NCBI GenBank assembly: GCA_964016885.1
Contig: OZ024743.1
Coordinates: 183,582,001-183,646,000, forward strand
DNA: 64,000 bases
Reading direction: 5' to 3'
Source: Eledone cirrhosa
Lineage: Eukaryota
Positions 1-10,692 of the stretch are shown piece by piece. A program made the position numbers and the translations under genes. The stretch's first letter is position 1. Each line of letters begins with the position of its first letter. The notes under the pieces are model-generated. The model was not told the origin of the DNA. It saw only the letters and a list, made by a program, of their open reading frames with translations, and did no database searches.

Positions 1-426
1 GTATGTATATGTATGTATGTATGTATATATATGTATGTATGTATATATATGTATGTATGTATGTATATATGTATGTATGTATATATATGTATGTATGTAT
101 ATATATGTATGTATGTATATATATGTATGTATGTATATGTATGTATGTATGTATATGTATGTATGTATGTATATATATATATATATATGTATATATATGT
201 ATGTATGTATGTATATATATATATATATGTATATATATGTAATGTATGTATATATATGTATGTATGTATGTATATATATATGTAATGTATGTATATATAT
301 GTATGTATGTATGTATATATATATATATATATGTATATATATGTAATGTATGTATATATATGTAATGTATGTATGTATGTATATATATATATATATATGT
401 ATATATATGTAATGTATGTATGTATG

Positions 427-457
<31 letters not shown>

Positions 458-474
458 GTAATGTATGTATGTAT

Positions 475-510
<36 letters not shown>

Positions 511-1593
511 GTAATGTATGTATATATATGTATATATGTATATATATGTAATGTATGTATATATATGTAATGTATGTATATATATGTATATATGTATATA
601 TATGTAATGTATGTATATATATGTAATGTATGTATATATATGTATATATGTATATATATGTAATGTATGTATATATATATAATGTATGTATATATATGTA
701 TGTATATATGTATATATATGTATGTATATATGTATATATATGTATGTATATATGTATATATATGTATGTATATATGTATATATATGTATGTATATATGTA
801 TATATATGTATGTATATATGTATATATATGTATGTATATATGTATATATATGTATGTATATATATATATGTATGTATGTATATATATATATATGTATGTA
901 TATGTATGTATATATATATGTATATATATGTATGTATGTATATGTATGTATATGTATGTATGTATATATATGTATATGTATGTATGTATATATATGTATA
1001 TGTATGTATGTATATGTATGTATGTATATATATGTATATGTATGTATGTATATATATGTATATATATGTATGTATGTATATATATGTATATGTATGTATA
1101 TATATGTATATGTATGTATGTATATATATGTATATGTATGTATGTATATATATGTATATGTATGTATGTATATATATATATATGTATGTATGTATATATA
1201 TATATATGTATATGTATATATATATATATGTATATGTATGTATATATATATATATGTATATGTATGTATATATATATATATGTATATGTATGTATATATA
1301 TATATATGTATATGTATGTATATATATATATATGTATATGTATGTATATATATATATATATGTATATGTATGTATGTATATATATATATATATGTATATG
1401 TATGTATATATATATATATGTATATGTATGTATATATATATATATGTATATGTATGTATGTATATATATATATATGTATGTGTATGTATGTATATATATA
1501 TATATGTATGTGTATGTATGTATATATATATATATGTATGTGTATGTATGTATATATATATATATGTATGTGTATGTATGTATATATATATAT
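1..1593. repeat. Compound (TA)n/(TATG)n microsatellite
   Basis: Only T, A and G on the + strand. Unit variants (TAATG, TGTG) appear in blocks along the array. Confidence 0.98.
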
Positions 1594-1679
1594 AACTTTG
1601 AATAACTTTGAAATGTTTTGGCCAGTATTGGCCCAGGCCATGTCTAACTTAATAGCACCACCTGGCGAAGTCTTTCAAT

Positions 1680-4600
1680 TCAGGATTTGGGCACCATGGC
1701 CCATTCGAGAAGAGAATTACTGTTTGCGGAGACATATCCGGGTGTGGGTGGTTTGTCCGGGATTACTTGGAGGAATTTGTCCAAAGACTTCTTGAATTTT
1801 GTGTGGTCAGTTTCTGTTTTGACGTGTCCTGGTGTGATGTTGAAGAGAGCAGGGCCGATTGAGGTGAAATAATTGTGCCGTATTGTTGTTATGAGTTGCG
1901 ATTTAGATTTTTGAATGGGACGGATAGCACGGGGCCCAAGCCTTGGGTGTATCTTGAAGGCGATGCCAACATCATTTGGGCAGTGATGATGGAACATTTT
2001 CCACATCATGCAGATAATATAACGCTCACGGCGACGTTGGAGTGAGTAAAGTTTCAGGTTTTCTAATCGACCCCAGTAGTCAAGGTCTGACATGCCATCT
2101 ATCTTTTTCGTGATTGCTCTTTGAGGAGCTTCAAGTTTCATGATACTTTGTTTCGTGTGGGGAGACCACAGTGGACAACAGTATTCAAGGTGTGGTCGGG
2201 CGAAAGTAGAGAAGAGAAGGATAATGGTGCGGGAATCTCTCGACTGGAAGGTTCTGAGGATCCAGGAACACATTCTGCGGGCCATGTCAACTTTGCTGCT
2301 TATATGCGTGGTCCAGCTTATGTTGCTGTCCACGGTTACTCCCAAGTCTCTGATGTTGTTAGATGCCACGAGAGTTTCCCCGGAGGGAAGGGAGTACGGG
2401 AGTTTCAGAGCATCCTCTTTTCCAAAGTGGATCAGTTCGAATTTGTCTTCGTTCAGTAACATGTTGTTCTTTTCTGCCCATTGGGTAACAGCCAGTAGGT
2501 CTGACTGAAGGCTTATCCGGTCATCCACGCCATTGATGACCTTTTGGAGCTTGGAATCATCAGCGAAAATTTTAATGTTGCTGTGTTTGATGATGTCAGT
2601 GATGTCATTAATATAGATGATGAAGAGAAGTGGGCCCAACACAGTGCCTTGTGGGACCCCACTACTGACTTTGGCTGGGCTTGATTTGACTCCCTCAACT
2701 ACAACATGTTGGGTTCTGTTTGACAGGAAGCTCTTGATCCACTGCAGCAGCTTTCCAGTGACACCAATATTGGACAGCTTTCGCAGTAGAATGTTATGAT
2801 CAACCCTGTCAAAGGCCTTGCTGAAATCAAGGTAGATAACATCAGTGTTGGAACTCTCTCCCAAGGCTCTCAAAATGTCATCAAAGTGATGCAGTAGCTG
2901 CGTCAGGCAATCCCTTCCATTACGGAATCCATGCTGGTTGGAGTTCAGCATATTGTTACTCTCAAGGAAGTGGGTCATTCGCGATCTCACCACTCGCTCA
3001 AATACCTTAATGATATGAGAGGTGAGTGAGATTGGACGGTAATTCACGGCAAGGGATTTGTTTCCCTTTTTGAAAACTGGGACAACAGACTGGGATAGAA
3101 GGTTTTCTGGCACATATCCAGCATCCAGTGAGTTCCGCCACAGATTGGCAAGAGGAGATGCAAGTTGGTGTTGACACGCCTTCAAGACACAAGCAGGGAA
3201 CCTATCGGGACCTACTGCTGAATTATGCTTGATTTCCTTTATTGCCGCCAAGACATCAGGGGCGCCAAACGTTATGTCCGATAAGGTGTAATGGGGAGTA
3301 ACATCGCCGATACAGCCCAGATCGGCCATATCAGGATTGCTGAAAACAGAGCAGTATTGTTTCTGCAGTATCTCACCCATGGTTTTAGCATTGTCTTGAA
3401 GAGTGCCATTTTCATCAATTAGAGGGCCAACAGTAGAGCCAGTGATTTTGTGTTTTTTTGCAAATGAAAAGAACACTTTGGGATTGAGTTTGATCTTCTC
3501 AATGGCCCAGGCCTCTTCAGCTCTTCTCTGATTGTTGATGAGGGACATTATGTTGTTTTGGAGGTTATGTTTTTTAATCTCTAGTGATGAAATGGCAGTC
3601 AAGTTGATGTGTTGCTGCTGACAGTATTTCAGCTTGTTGATTTTTTTGTTCGTTCTCTTAATTTTTCTGATGAGCGTTTTTCTATTTCTAGGGATTCTGC
3701 TCTTAGATTTGTTTATAGTTCTTAATGGGGTGTGTTTAGCACATATGTTTGTAACAGTGTCCACAAATGTCTGCCAGGACTTTTTGATGTTAGTGGGTGT
3801 ATGAGTGTGCGTGAAGGACCAGTCGACATGTGCAAGATCATGACTGATCGCTTCCCAGTTTGCATTGTGGAAATCCATAGCGTCAAACGGATGGACAGGA
3901 GAGATGACATTGGGTTTGTATATTGGACGGTGGAATCTCAGATCACAGAGAACCATGTCATGATCAGAGAGTAGAGTTTTCTCCACTGCAATATTGTGGA
4001 TATTGTCAGTGTGATTGCTGAAAATTAAGTCTAGGACGTTTTTGTGGCACCTCGTCGGTTCGAGCACTAGTTGGGATAGGAAGAAATCATCCATGAAGTC
4101 AAGAAGCGATTCCACAGCTTCCCTGTCAGAGGTTGAGGCAGAAGAACCTGGTGGCAGGCTGTTTGTGGACCAGTCAACTCCGGGGAGGTTGAAGTCCCCC
4201 ATCATTAAGATGTTGTCAGGGTGACACTCTTGGATGAAACACTTTATGCTGTTGAGGCATTCCTTGAAGCATGGTACAGGCGTTTGGGGTGGCCTATAGA
4301 GCCCAACTACTAATAGGTTGTTGGTTTGACTGAATACAGTGACTGCTTCACAGTATCCATTAGTGAATATGTTCATAGCCTCTGTTGAGAAAGAATTATG
4401 GACATAAATGGCAGTTCCGCCCTTTCTTCTGCCAGCGCGATCAGCACGGATGGCTTTGAAATTTTTCACTTTCACCTCGGCTTCCAAGTGGAGGTTACTG
4501 AGATGGGTTTCAGTGAGGACGAAGAAAGGGATGTGGTTTGGATGGACATCAATCCAGTCCTCCAGGAATTTGATCTTCCATTTTTGAGTATTGGTGGAAG

Positions 4601-4700
4601 GGCTGATGCCTTGGGCGTTAAGCAAAAATGTAGAGGCGAGAGTGGATGGTTTTAATTGTTTTGGTGTGTTGTTAATTTGTTTGTTTGTTAATGGCAGCAA
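1680..4700 (-). CDS. LINE ORF2: APE endonuclease plus reverse transcriptase (1006 aa, uninterrupted; the listed start is TTG, not ATG)
   Basis: APE motifs LLNAQG, LTETHL, GLYRPP, MGDFN, LDLIF, LSDH. RT motifs [47 protein letters not shown]1-type C-terminus RPHLEYC..LWSP and LYSLQRRR. Confidence 0.95.
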   Translation of the reverse strand: MLPLTNKQINNTPKQLKPSTLASTFLLNAQGISPSTNTQKWKIKFLEDWIDVHPNHIPFFVLTETHLSNLHLEAEVKVKNFKAIRADRAGRRKGGTAIYVHNSFSTEAMNIFTNGYCEAVTVFSQTNNLLVVGLYRPPQTPVPCFKECLNSIKCFIQECHPDNILMMGDFNLPGVDWSTNSLPPGSSASTSDREAVESLLDFMDDFFLSQLVLEPTRCHKNVLDLIFSNHTDNIHNIAVEKTLLSDHDMVLCDLRFHRPIYKPNVISPVHPFDAMDFHNANWEAISHDLAHVDWSFTHTHTPTNIKKSWQTFVDTVTNICAKHTPLRTINKSKSRIPRNRKTLIRKIKRTNKKINKLKYCQQQHINLTAISSLEIKKHNLQNNIMSLINNQRRAEEAWAIEKIKLNPKVFFSFAKKHKITGSTVGPLIDENGTLQDNAKTMGEILQKQYCSVFSNPDMADLGCIGDVTPHYTLSDITFGAPDVLAAIKEIKHNSAVGPDRFPACVLKACQHQLASPLANLWRNSLDAGYVPENLLSQSVVPVFKKGNKSLAVNYRPISLTSHIIKVFERVVRSRMTHFLESNNMLNSNQHGFRNGRDCLTQLLHHFDDILRALGESSNTDVIYLDFSKAFDRVDHNILLRKLSNIGVTGKLLQWIKSFLSNRTQHVVVEGVKSSPAKVSSGVPQGTVLGPLLFIIYINDITDIIKHSNIKIFADDSKLQKVINGVDDRISLQSDLLAVTQWAEKNNMLLNEDKFELIHFGKEDALKLPYSLPSGETLVASNNIRDLGVTVDSNISWTTHISSKVDMARRMCSWILRTFQSRDSRTIILLFSTFARPHLEYCCPLWSPHTKQSIMKLEAPQRAITKKIDGMSDLDYWGRLENLKLYSLQRRRERYIICMMWKMFHHHCPNDVGIAFKIHPRLGPRAIRPIQKSKSQLITTIRHNYFTSIGPALFNITPGHVKTETDHTKFKKSLDKFLQVIPDKPPTPGYVSANSNSLLEWAMVPKS

Positions 4701-5160
4701 TGGGAGTTTGTGCAGTGGGGTGATAGTGGAGGGTGGTGCTGGGTGATAGCTCGAATGTTTTTTTCCAGTTCTTTTGCCAGATTCATTATGGCTAAAAAAG
4801 AGGAAGAAGTTTCCTGTTTAGAAGACTGTTGGTGACTGTGGTAGTGGTTATTTTTATGTAGGTTATGGTTTTTGTTTTTGCTTTTATTTTTAATTTTATT
4901 TTCATTTATCCGACGGGTCCCCGGGAGATGGGTAAAGGGACAATCCCGGTCTAAACACAATCTGTCTCGCAGGGAAAAACGACAGATTTGTGGATTCCTT
5001 GTTTGAGTTATTGGTGGTTGTGTTGGTGTTAAATTAGAGTATGTATTATGGTGGTGGCTGTTTGTGGGGATAGATCGTTTTGTCCTAGGTAAATGGGTGA
5101 ATTTGCAGCCACTATCCGTACATATTCTATAGCGTAGAGAGTAGCGGCAAATGATGGGGT
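4688..5160 (-). CDS. C-terminal remnant of LINE ORF1 with two C-x8-C-x4-C-x3-H zinc fingers
   Basis: [19 protein letters not shown] (5149-5093) and [19 protein letters not shown] (4984-4928), each followed by LPxT(K/R)R. The upstream part of the listed 311-aa ORF is microsatellite and SINE sequence. Confidence 0.8.
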
Positions 5161-5209
5161 ATATATATATGTGTATATATATATGTATATATATATATAT
5201 ATATATGTG

Positions 5210-5251
<42 letters not shown>

Positions 5252-5339
5252 TATATATATATGTATATATATATATGTGTATATATATATATGTGTATAT
5301 ATATATATGTATATATATATATATGTGTATATATATATG

Positions 5340-5402
<63 letters not shown>

Positions 5403-5523
5403 GTATATATGTATATATATATATATGTATATGTATGTATATGTATATATATATGTATATATATGTATATATATGTATGTATATGTATATATATATGTAT
5501 GTATATGTATATATATATGTATG
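5161..5523. repeat. (TA)n/(TG) microsatellite
   Basis: Direct inspection. Confidence 0.97.
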
Positions 5524-5527
5524 TTAT

Positions 5528-5844
5528 GGAGGCACATGGCTTAGTGGTTAGAGCATTGGCCTTACAATCCAAAGGTTGTGAGTTCAATTCTCGGACCGAG
5601 TGATGTGTTGTTTCCTTGGGCAAGACACTTTATTTCACATTGCTCCAGTTTACTCAGCTGTAGAAATGAGATGATAGGGACTGGGGTCCATATCATACCA
5701 CTGCCAAGTGGTCGTGGAGGTGCCACGGTAAAAAAGCACCCAGCACCCACTGTAAATGAGGTTGGTGTTAGGAAGGGCATCCAGCTGTAGAAATCAAGCC
5801 AGCATCAGTTCCCGTCCCACCCTTGCAAGCAGGGAAAAAGTGGA
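5528..5844 (+). mobile_element. tRNA-derived CORE-type SINE with an RTE-derived 3' tail
   Basis: A box TGGCTTAGTGG and B box GAGTTCAATTC. CORE-like segment CCTTGGGCAAGACACTT...CCAGTTTACTCAGCTGTAGAAATG. The tail matches the RTE 3' UTR at about 33098-33250. Confidence 0.85.
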
Positions 5845-6044
5845 NNNNNNNNNNNNNNNNNNNNNNNNNNNNNNNNNNNNNNNNNNNNNNNNNNNNNNNN
5901 NNNNNNNNNNNNNNNNNNNNNNNNNNNNNNNNNNNNNNNNNNNNNNNNNNNNNNNNNNNNNNNNNNNNNNNNNNNNNNNNNNNNNNNNNNNNNNNNNNNN
6001 NNNNNNNNNNNNNNNNNNNNNNNNNNNNNNNNNNNNNNNNNNNN
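5845..6044. other. Assembly gap (200 N)
   Basis: Run of N. Confidence 1.
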
Positions 6045-6500
6045 TTGGATGCCCTTCCTAACACCAACCACATTTACAGTGTGGGGCTGGGAGGTTTTTA
6101 CCGTGTTGCCTACACGGCCACATTACAGCGTGGACTGTCTGGCGGGTTTTCTACAGCTGGATGCCCTTCCTAACACCAACCACATTTACAGTGTGGGGCT
6201 GGGAGGTTTTTACCGTGTTGCCTACACGGCCACATTTACAGCGTGGACTGTGTGTTTTTTGTCGTGACACCTACACGATCTCATTTGTTTCGGCCTGGAT
6301 GTTGTGGGACCAACATAACTTTACATTGAAAGGGGCGGTGTGGGTGGGGTGGAGGTGGTGGGACGGGGGTGTGTTTTGATAGAGGTGCCTACTGACTGTA
6401 GTAGGTTTTTACTTTGTATTTAGGTAAGGCGGGTCTTCTCTATTACTGAGTACCGCCAAAGGTCTCGGTCCAGTGACATTGTCTTGGAGAGGTGTAAGCG
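6045..6500 (-). mobile_element. RTE LINE 3' end (ORF tail plus 3' UTR), with a ~111-bp tandem duplication next to the gap
   Basis: Reverse complement matches the RTE 3' ends at 8055-8400 and 18113-18420. Confidence 0.85.
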
Positions 6501-6537
6501 TGTGTATATATACATATATATATACATCTCTTATATA

Positions 6538-8488
6538 CCTTCGGAAATAGTTGCTGAGATGCTGAAGGCATCTGGCACGGTGGGACACACCATGGTCACC
6601 CGCATAGTTAACCAAGTCGTACAGAATGGGGTTGTTCCGAAGGACTGGCATAGCAGCATCATCGTTAACTGTTATAAGGGTAAAGGAGACACCCTAGATA
6701 GGAGTAACTATAGAGGCATTAAATTAATCGACCAGGTCATGAAGGTCACGGAAAAAGTAATAGCGCAACTAATCAGAGAGAGAATTGACCTAGATGAAAT
6801 GCAGTACGGGTTTGTGTCAGGCAAAAGTACCACAGACGCTCTTTTCATAGTACTACAACTACAGGAGAAGTACCTAGCTAAAGGTAAACCCCTCTACTTA
6901 GCTTTTGTCGACTTGGAGAAAGCCTTCGACAGAGTCCTCCGCTCCATTATCTGGTGGGCTCTTAGAAAACTAGGCGTTGACGAATGGCTTGTGAGGGCTA
7001 TACAAGCCATGTATAAAGAAACAGTCAGCAAGGTTAGAATTAACAACGAATATAGTGAAGAGTTTAGCGTAAAAGTTGGCGTCCATCAGGGCTCTGTTCT
7101 CAGCCCCCTACTATTTATTATTGCCCTTCAGGCTATAACAGAGGAGTTCAAGACCGGCTGCCCATGGGAACTCCTATACGCAGACGACCTGACACTCATA
7201 GCGGAATCAATGGCCGAGCTAGAGAAGAAATTCCAAACATGGAAGCACGGCCTAGAGTCAAAAGGACTTAAAATTAACGTGGCTAAGACTAAAGTTCTAG
7301 TTTGTAGGAAAGAAAACAAGGCGGCGGTCCCTCTGGGAAATGGTCGTGCTCGGTGTGTAGGAAAGGCGTAGGTAGAAACTCCATTTTATGTCCTAAATGC
7401 AAAGTATGGGTGCATAAAAGATGTAGTGGGATCACAGGTAAGCTAACTAAGAACATAGATTTTACATGTGGCCGGTGTTCTGGTGCAATAAGTAGCAGCA
7501 AGTGGCCACAAAGGACTAGCTCTTTCAATTGTGCAGAGGGTTCTATAGAAATAGTGGACAGCTTCCGTTACCTGGGCGATAAAATCAGCAGTGGGGGAGG
7601 GTGTTCTGAAAGTACAGTAGCTAGAGTCAGAACTGGTTGGAAAAAGTTCAGAGAGCTTATACCACTATTAGCTGCTAAAGGGTTCTCCCTAAAAATGAAA
7701 GGCAGGTTGTACGATGCCTGCATACGAACAGCAATGTTGCATGGCAGTGAGACCTGGGCATTGTGTGCAGAGGATATACGCAGACTAGAGAGGAACGAAG
7801 CTTGCATGCTCCGCTGGATGTGTAACAGTAATATACGTGAACGGCAAAGCATAAACGAACTAATGAAAAAATTAGAGATAAGAGGGATCAGATGTTGTTT
7901 ACTCGAGAGAAGGCTACGTTGGTATGGACACGTGATGCGCATGAAAGTCGATAGCTGTATAACAAAGTGCAGGGCAATAAAGATAGACGGTAGCCACGGA
8001 ATAGGCAGACCTAGAAAAACCTGGGACGAGCTGATAAACTCCGACCTCATACACTTACACCTCTCCAAGACAATGTCACTGGACCGAGACCTTTGTCGGT
8101 ACTCAGTAACAGAGAAGACCCGCCTTGCCAGTAGGCATCTCTAACAAAATACACCCCGTCCCACCCCCACCCCATCCACACCACCCCGTTCTATGTAAAG
8201 TCATGTTGGTGCCGCGCCATCCAGGCTGAAACAAATGAGATTGTGTAGGTGTCACGACAAAAAAACACACAGTCCACGCTGTAATGTGGCCGTGTAGGCA
8301 ACACGGTAAAAACCTCCCAGACCCACACTGTAAATGTGGTTGGTGTTAGGAAGGGCATCCAACTGTAGAAAACCTGCCAGACAGTCATATGCGAGCAAGA
8401 CAATCACTCTTGCCTCAAGTGGGACTACCCCCGTCCAAACCCATGCAAGCGTGGAACACAGACGTTAAACGTTGATGATGATGATGAT
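6538..8488 (+). mobile_element. 5'-truncated RTE LINE (RT, PHD, C-terminus, 3' UTR, (GAT)n tail), one frameshift near 7330
   Basis: Motifs [57 protein letters not shown]. Ends in GATGATGAT. Confidence 0.93.
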
Positions 8489-8558
8489 ATGTATATATAT
8501 ATGTATATATATATGTATATATATATGTATATATACATATATATATATCATGTTCTCC

Positions 8559-8629
8559 TGTTTTATCTGATGAAAACACAAATATTATTGCTTGATGATG
8601 TTTGTTTTTGAAATGCGCATAATAAAATA
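8559..8629 (+). ncRNA. Type I hammerhead ribozyme motif with palindromic stem III
   Basis: Stem I TTTTAT(8561-66)/ATAAAA(8622-27); CTGATGA 8567-73; stem II 8574-88/8595-8609 with 14 of 15 pairs (including GU); GAAA 8610-13; stem III ATGCGCAT; AUA cleavage triplet 8619-21. Confidence 0.8.
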
Positions 8630-8821
8630 TATGGAACTCCTTTAACCATCTTTTGATCTTATATTATGCATACTCCAGTCCCACAAACTGTAGAGTGCTT
8701 CTTATCCGATATCTGCATTGCTTTATTGTACTACAATAAAACTCACCTCCTACATTATGTATATATATATATATGTATATGTATATATATGTATGTGTAT
8801 ATATATATATGTATATGTATA

Positions 8822-8872
<51 letters not shown>

Positions 8873-8894
8873 ATGTATATATATATAAATGTAT

Positions 8895-8978
8895 AGAGGA
8901 TATACGCAGACTAGAGAGGAACGAAGCTTGCATGCTCCGCTGGATGTGTAATAGTAATATATGTGAACGGCAAAGCAT
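8895..8978 (+). mobile_element. Short RTE fragment, near-identical to 7769-7852
   Basis: Encodes [22 protein letters not shown]. Two C>T differences from the upstream copy. Confidence 0.85.
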
Positions 8979-8979
8979 T

Positions 8980-9154
8980 CTGTTGTCGAATACGTCTCGT
9001 CCTGACTATGAGGTCGCTGATTATGAGTCTATGTTGAGACGTGCATTATTCATGGGGAAGGGATTTAGTGTTTACAACAGACACTCTGTCATGTCTCCTG
9101 GTAAGGATATAATCTACCTGGCTTGTGTGTTCCCCCGATCTATAGGTGATCAGG
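8980..9154 (-). mobile_element. RTE endonuclease-domain fragment
   Basis: Minus strand translates [47 protein letters not shown], homologous to the 29951 ORF. Confidence 0.88.
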
Positions 9155-9170
9155 TATGTATATATGTATA

Positions 9171-9215
<45 letters not shown>

Positions 9216-9238
9216 GTATATATATATATATGTATATA

Positions 9239-9303
<65 letters not shown>

Positions 9304-9319
9304 GTATATATATATGTAT

Positions 9320-9353
<34 letters not shown>

Positions 9354-9519
9354 ATATTTATGTATATATATATATATATGTATATATATATGTATATATA
9401 TATATGTTATGTATATATGTATATGTATATGTATATATGTATATATATATGTATATATATATATGTATATGTATATATGTATATATATATATTTATGTAT
9501 ATATATATATATGTATATA

Positions 9520-9564
<45 letters not shown>

Positions 9565-9589
9565 GTATATATATATGTATATATATATG

Positions 9590-9621
<32 letters not shown>

Positions 9622-9752
9622 TTTATGTATATATATATATATGTATATATATATGTATATATATATATGTTATGTATATATATATGTATATGTATATATG
9701 TATATATATATGTATATGTATATATGTATATGTATATATGTATATATATATA

Positions 9753-9792
<40 letters not shown>
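9155..9792. repeat. (TA)n/(TATG) microsatellite
   Basis: Direct inspection. Confidence 0.97.
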
Positions 9793-9794
<2 letters not shown>

Positions 9795-10142
9795 ACATGG
9801 TTGTTTGTTCTATGTGTGTGTGTGTTTTCATTTTGTCCTTAATTGTAAGTTGTGATGTTGCTGTTCCACTCATATTTTCTATTTAATTTAAGTTGTAATT
9901 CTTTTATGTTTATTGCCTCTGTAATTTGTCTAAACATTGCGTCTTTTCTGTGTGTAGATTCTATTTTTATTTCTATGTTTTCTAATTTACCCTTGTGTTC
10001 TATCTTAGCATGTTGGTAGAGTACAGATGACTCTTTATTATCTTGAAGGTCTCGCCAGTGTTCATTTATCCGTTCCCCTACACTACGAGCTGTCTCACCT
10101 ATGTACACTATATTTTTGTCTCTACATTGTCCTTCAGTACAT
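9793..10142 (-). mobile_element. Penelope-like element fragment: C-terminal GIY-YIG endonuclease
   Basis: C..C...VYIGETARSVGERINEH...SVLYQH....H...RQITEAINI...LNRKYEW, with a stop at 9841-9839. Confidence 0.85.
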
Positions 10143-10590
10143 CTTACCCTTATAACAATTAACGATGATGCTGCTATGCCAGTCCTTCGGAACAACCCCA
10201 TTCTGTACGACTTGGTTAACTATGCGGGTGACCATGGTGTGTCCCACCGTGCCAGATGCCTTCAGCATCTCAGCAACTATTTCCGAAGGCCCAGCCGCCT
10301 TACCCGTCTTCATATCCTTGATTGCCTTACTTATTATACTCCCCTCGACTAACACTGTTGGTCCCTCTATTGGGTCGATATGGGGGAGACTGTCTTTCTC
10401 CCATTTATTCTCCTCATTTAGTAGCCTTTCATAGTGACACTTCCAAGCTACCTTCTTATCAGTGTCGGTGATGGCAAGTATGCCATCATCGTTAAGTACA
10501 CACTTCTCCCCGACAATATCACGGTTTTCCTTGACGCATTGCCTAGCAATCCTGAACACCTCACGTTTTTGGTCATCGCGTTGTAGAACA
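10143..10590 (-). mobile_element. RTE fragment (EN-RT linker and RT N-terminus)
   Basis: [19 protein letters not shown]...AWKCHYERLL...MKTGKAAGPS...SIIVNCYKGK. Confidence 0.9.
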
Positions 10591-10594
10591 TATG

Positions 10595-10627
<33 letters not shown>

Positions 10628-10658
10628 GTATATGTATATATATATGTATATATATATG

Positions 10659-10689
<31 letters not shown>

Positions 10690-10692
10690 ACA

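Larger units (their letters stand above)
1594..5160 (-). mobile_element. CR1-group (CR1/L2-like) non-LTR retrotransposon, 5'-truncated within ORF1, inserted in a TA microsatellite
   Basis: ORF1 remnant, open ORF2, a short 3' UTR with stem-loop GGCCA-4nt-TGGCC (1620-1633), and a terminal (TTCAAAGTTA)x2 tail running into (TA)n. Microsatellite on both sides. Confidence 0.92.

Noticed and set aside
3-1795. Long ORFs rich in Y/I/M/C/V (also at 5127-5603, 8773-9873, 11832-13055 and 46429-46772)
   Set aside because: Translations of TA/TG microsatellites, which lack stop codons by composition.
5528-5600. Possible tRNA gene
   Set aside because: No proper acceptor stem, and it continues into CORE and LINE-tail sequence, so it is a SINE head.
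5756-6173. ORFs containing X runs
   Set aside because: They span the assembly gap.
6046-6252. 111-bp tandem duplication in an RTE 3' UTR
   Set aside because: It lies immediately beside a gap and may be a contig-end artefact.
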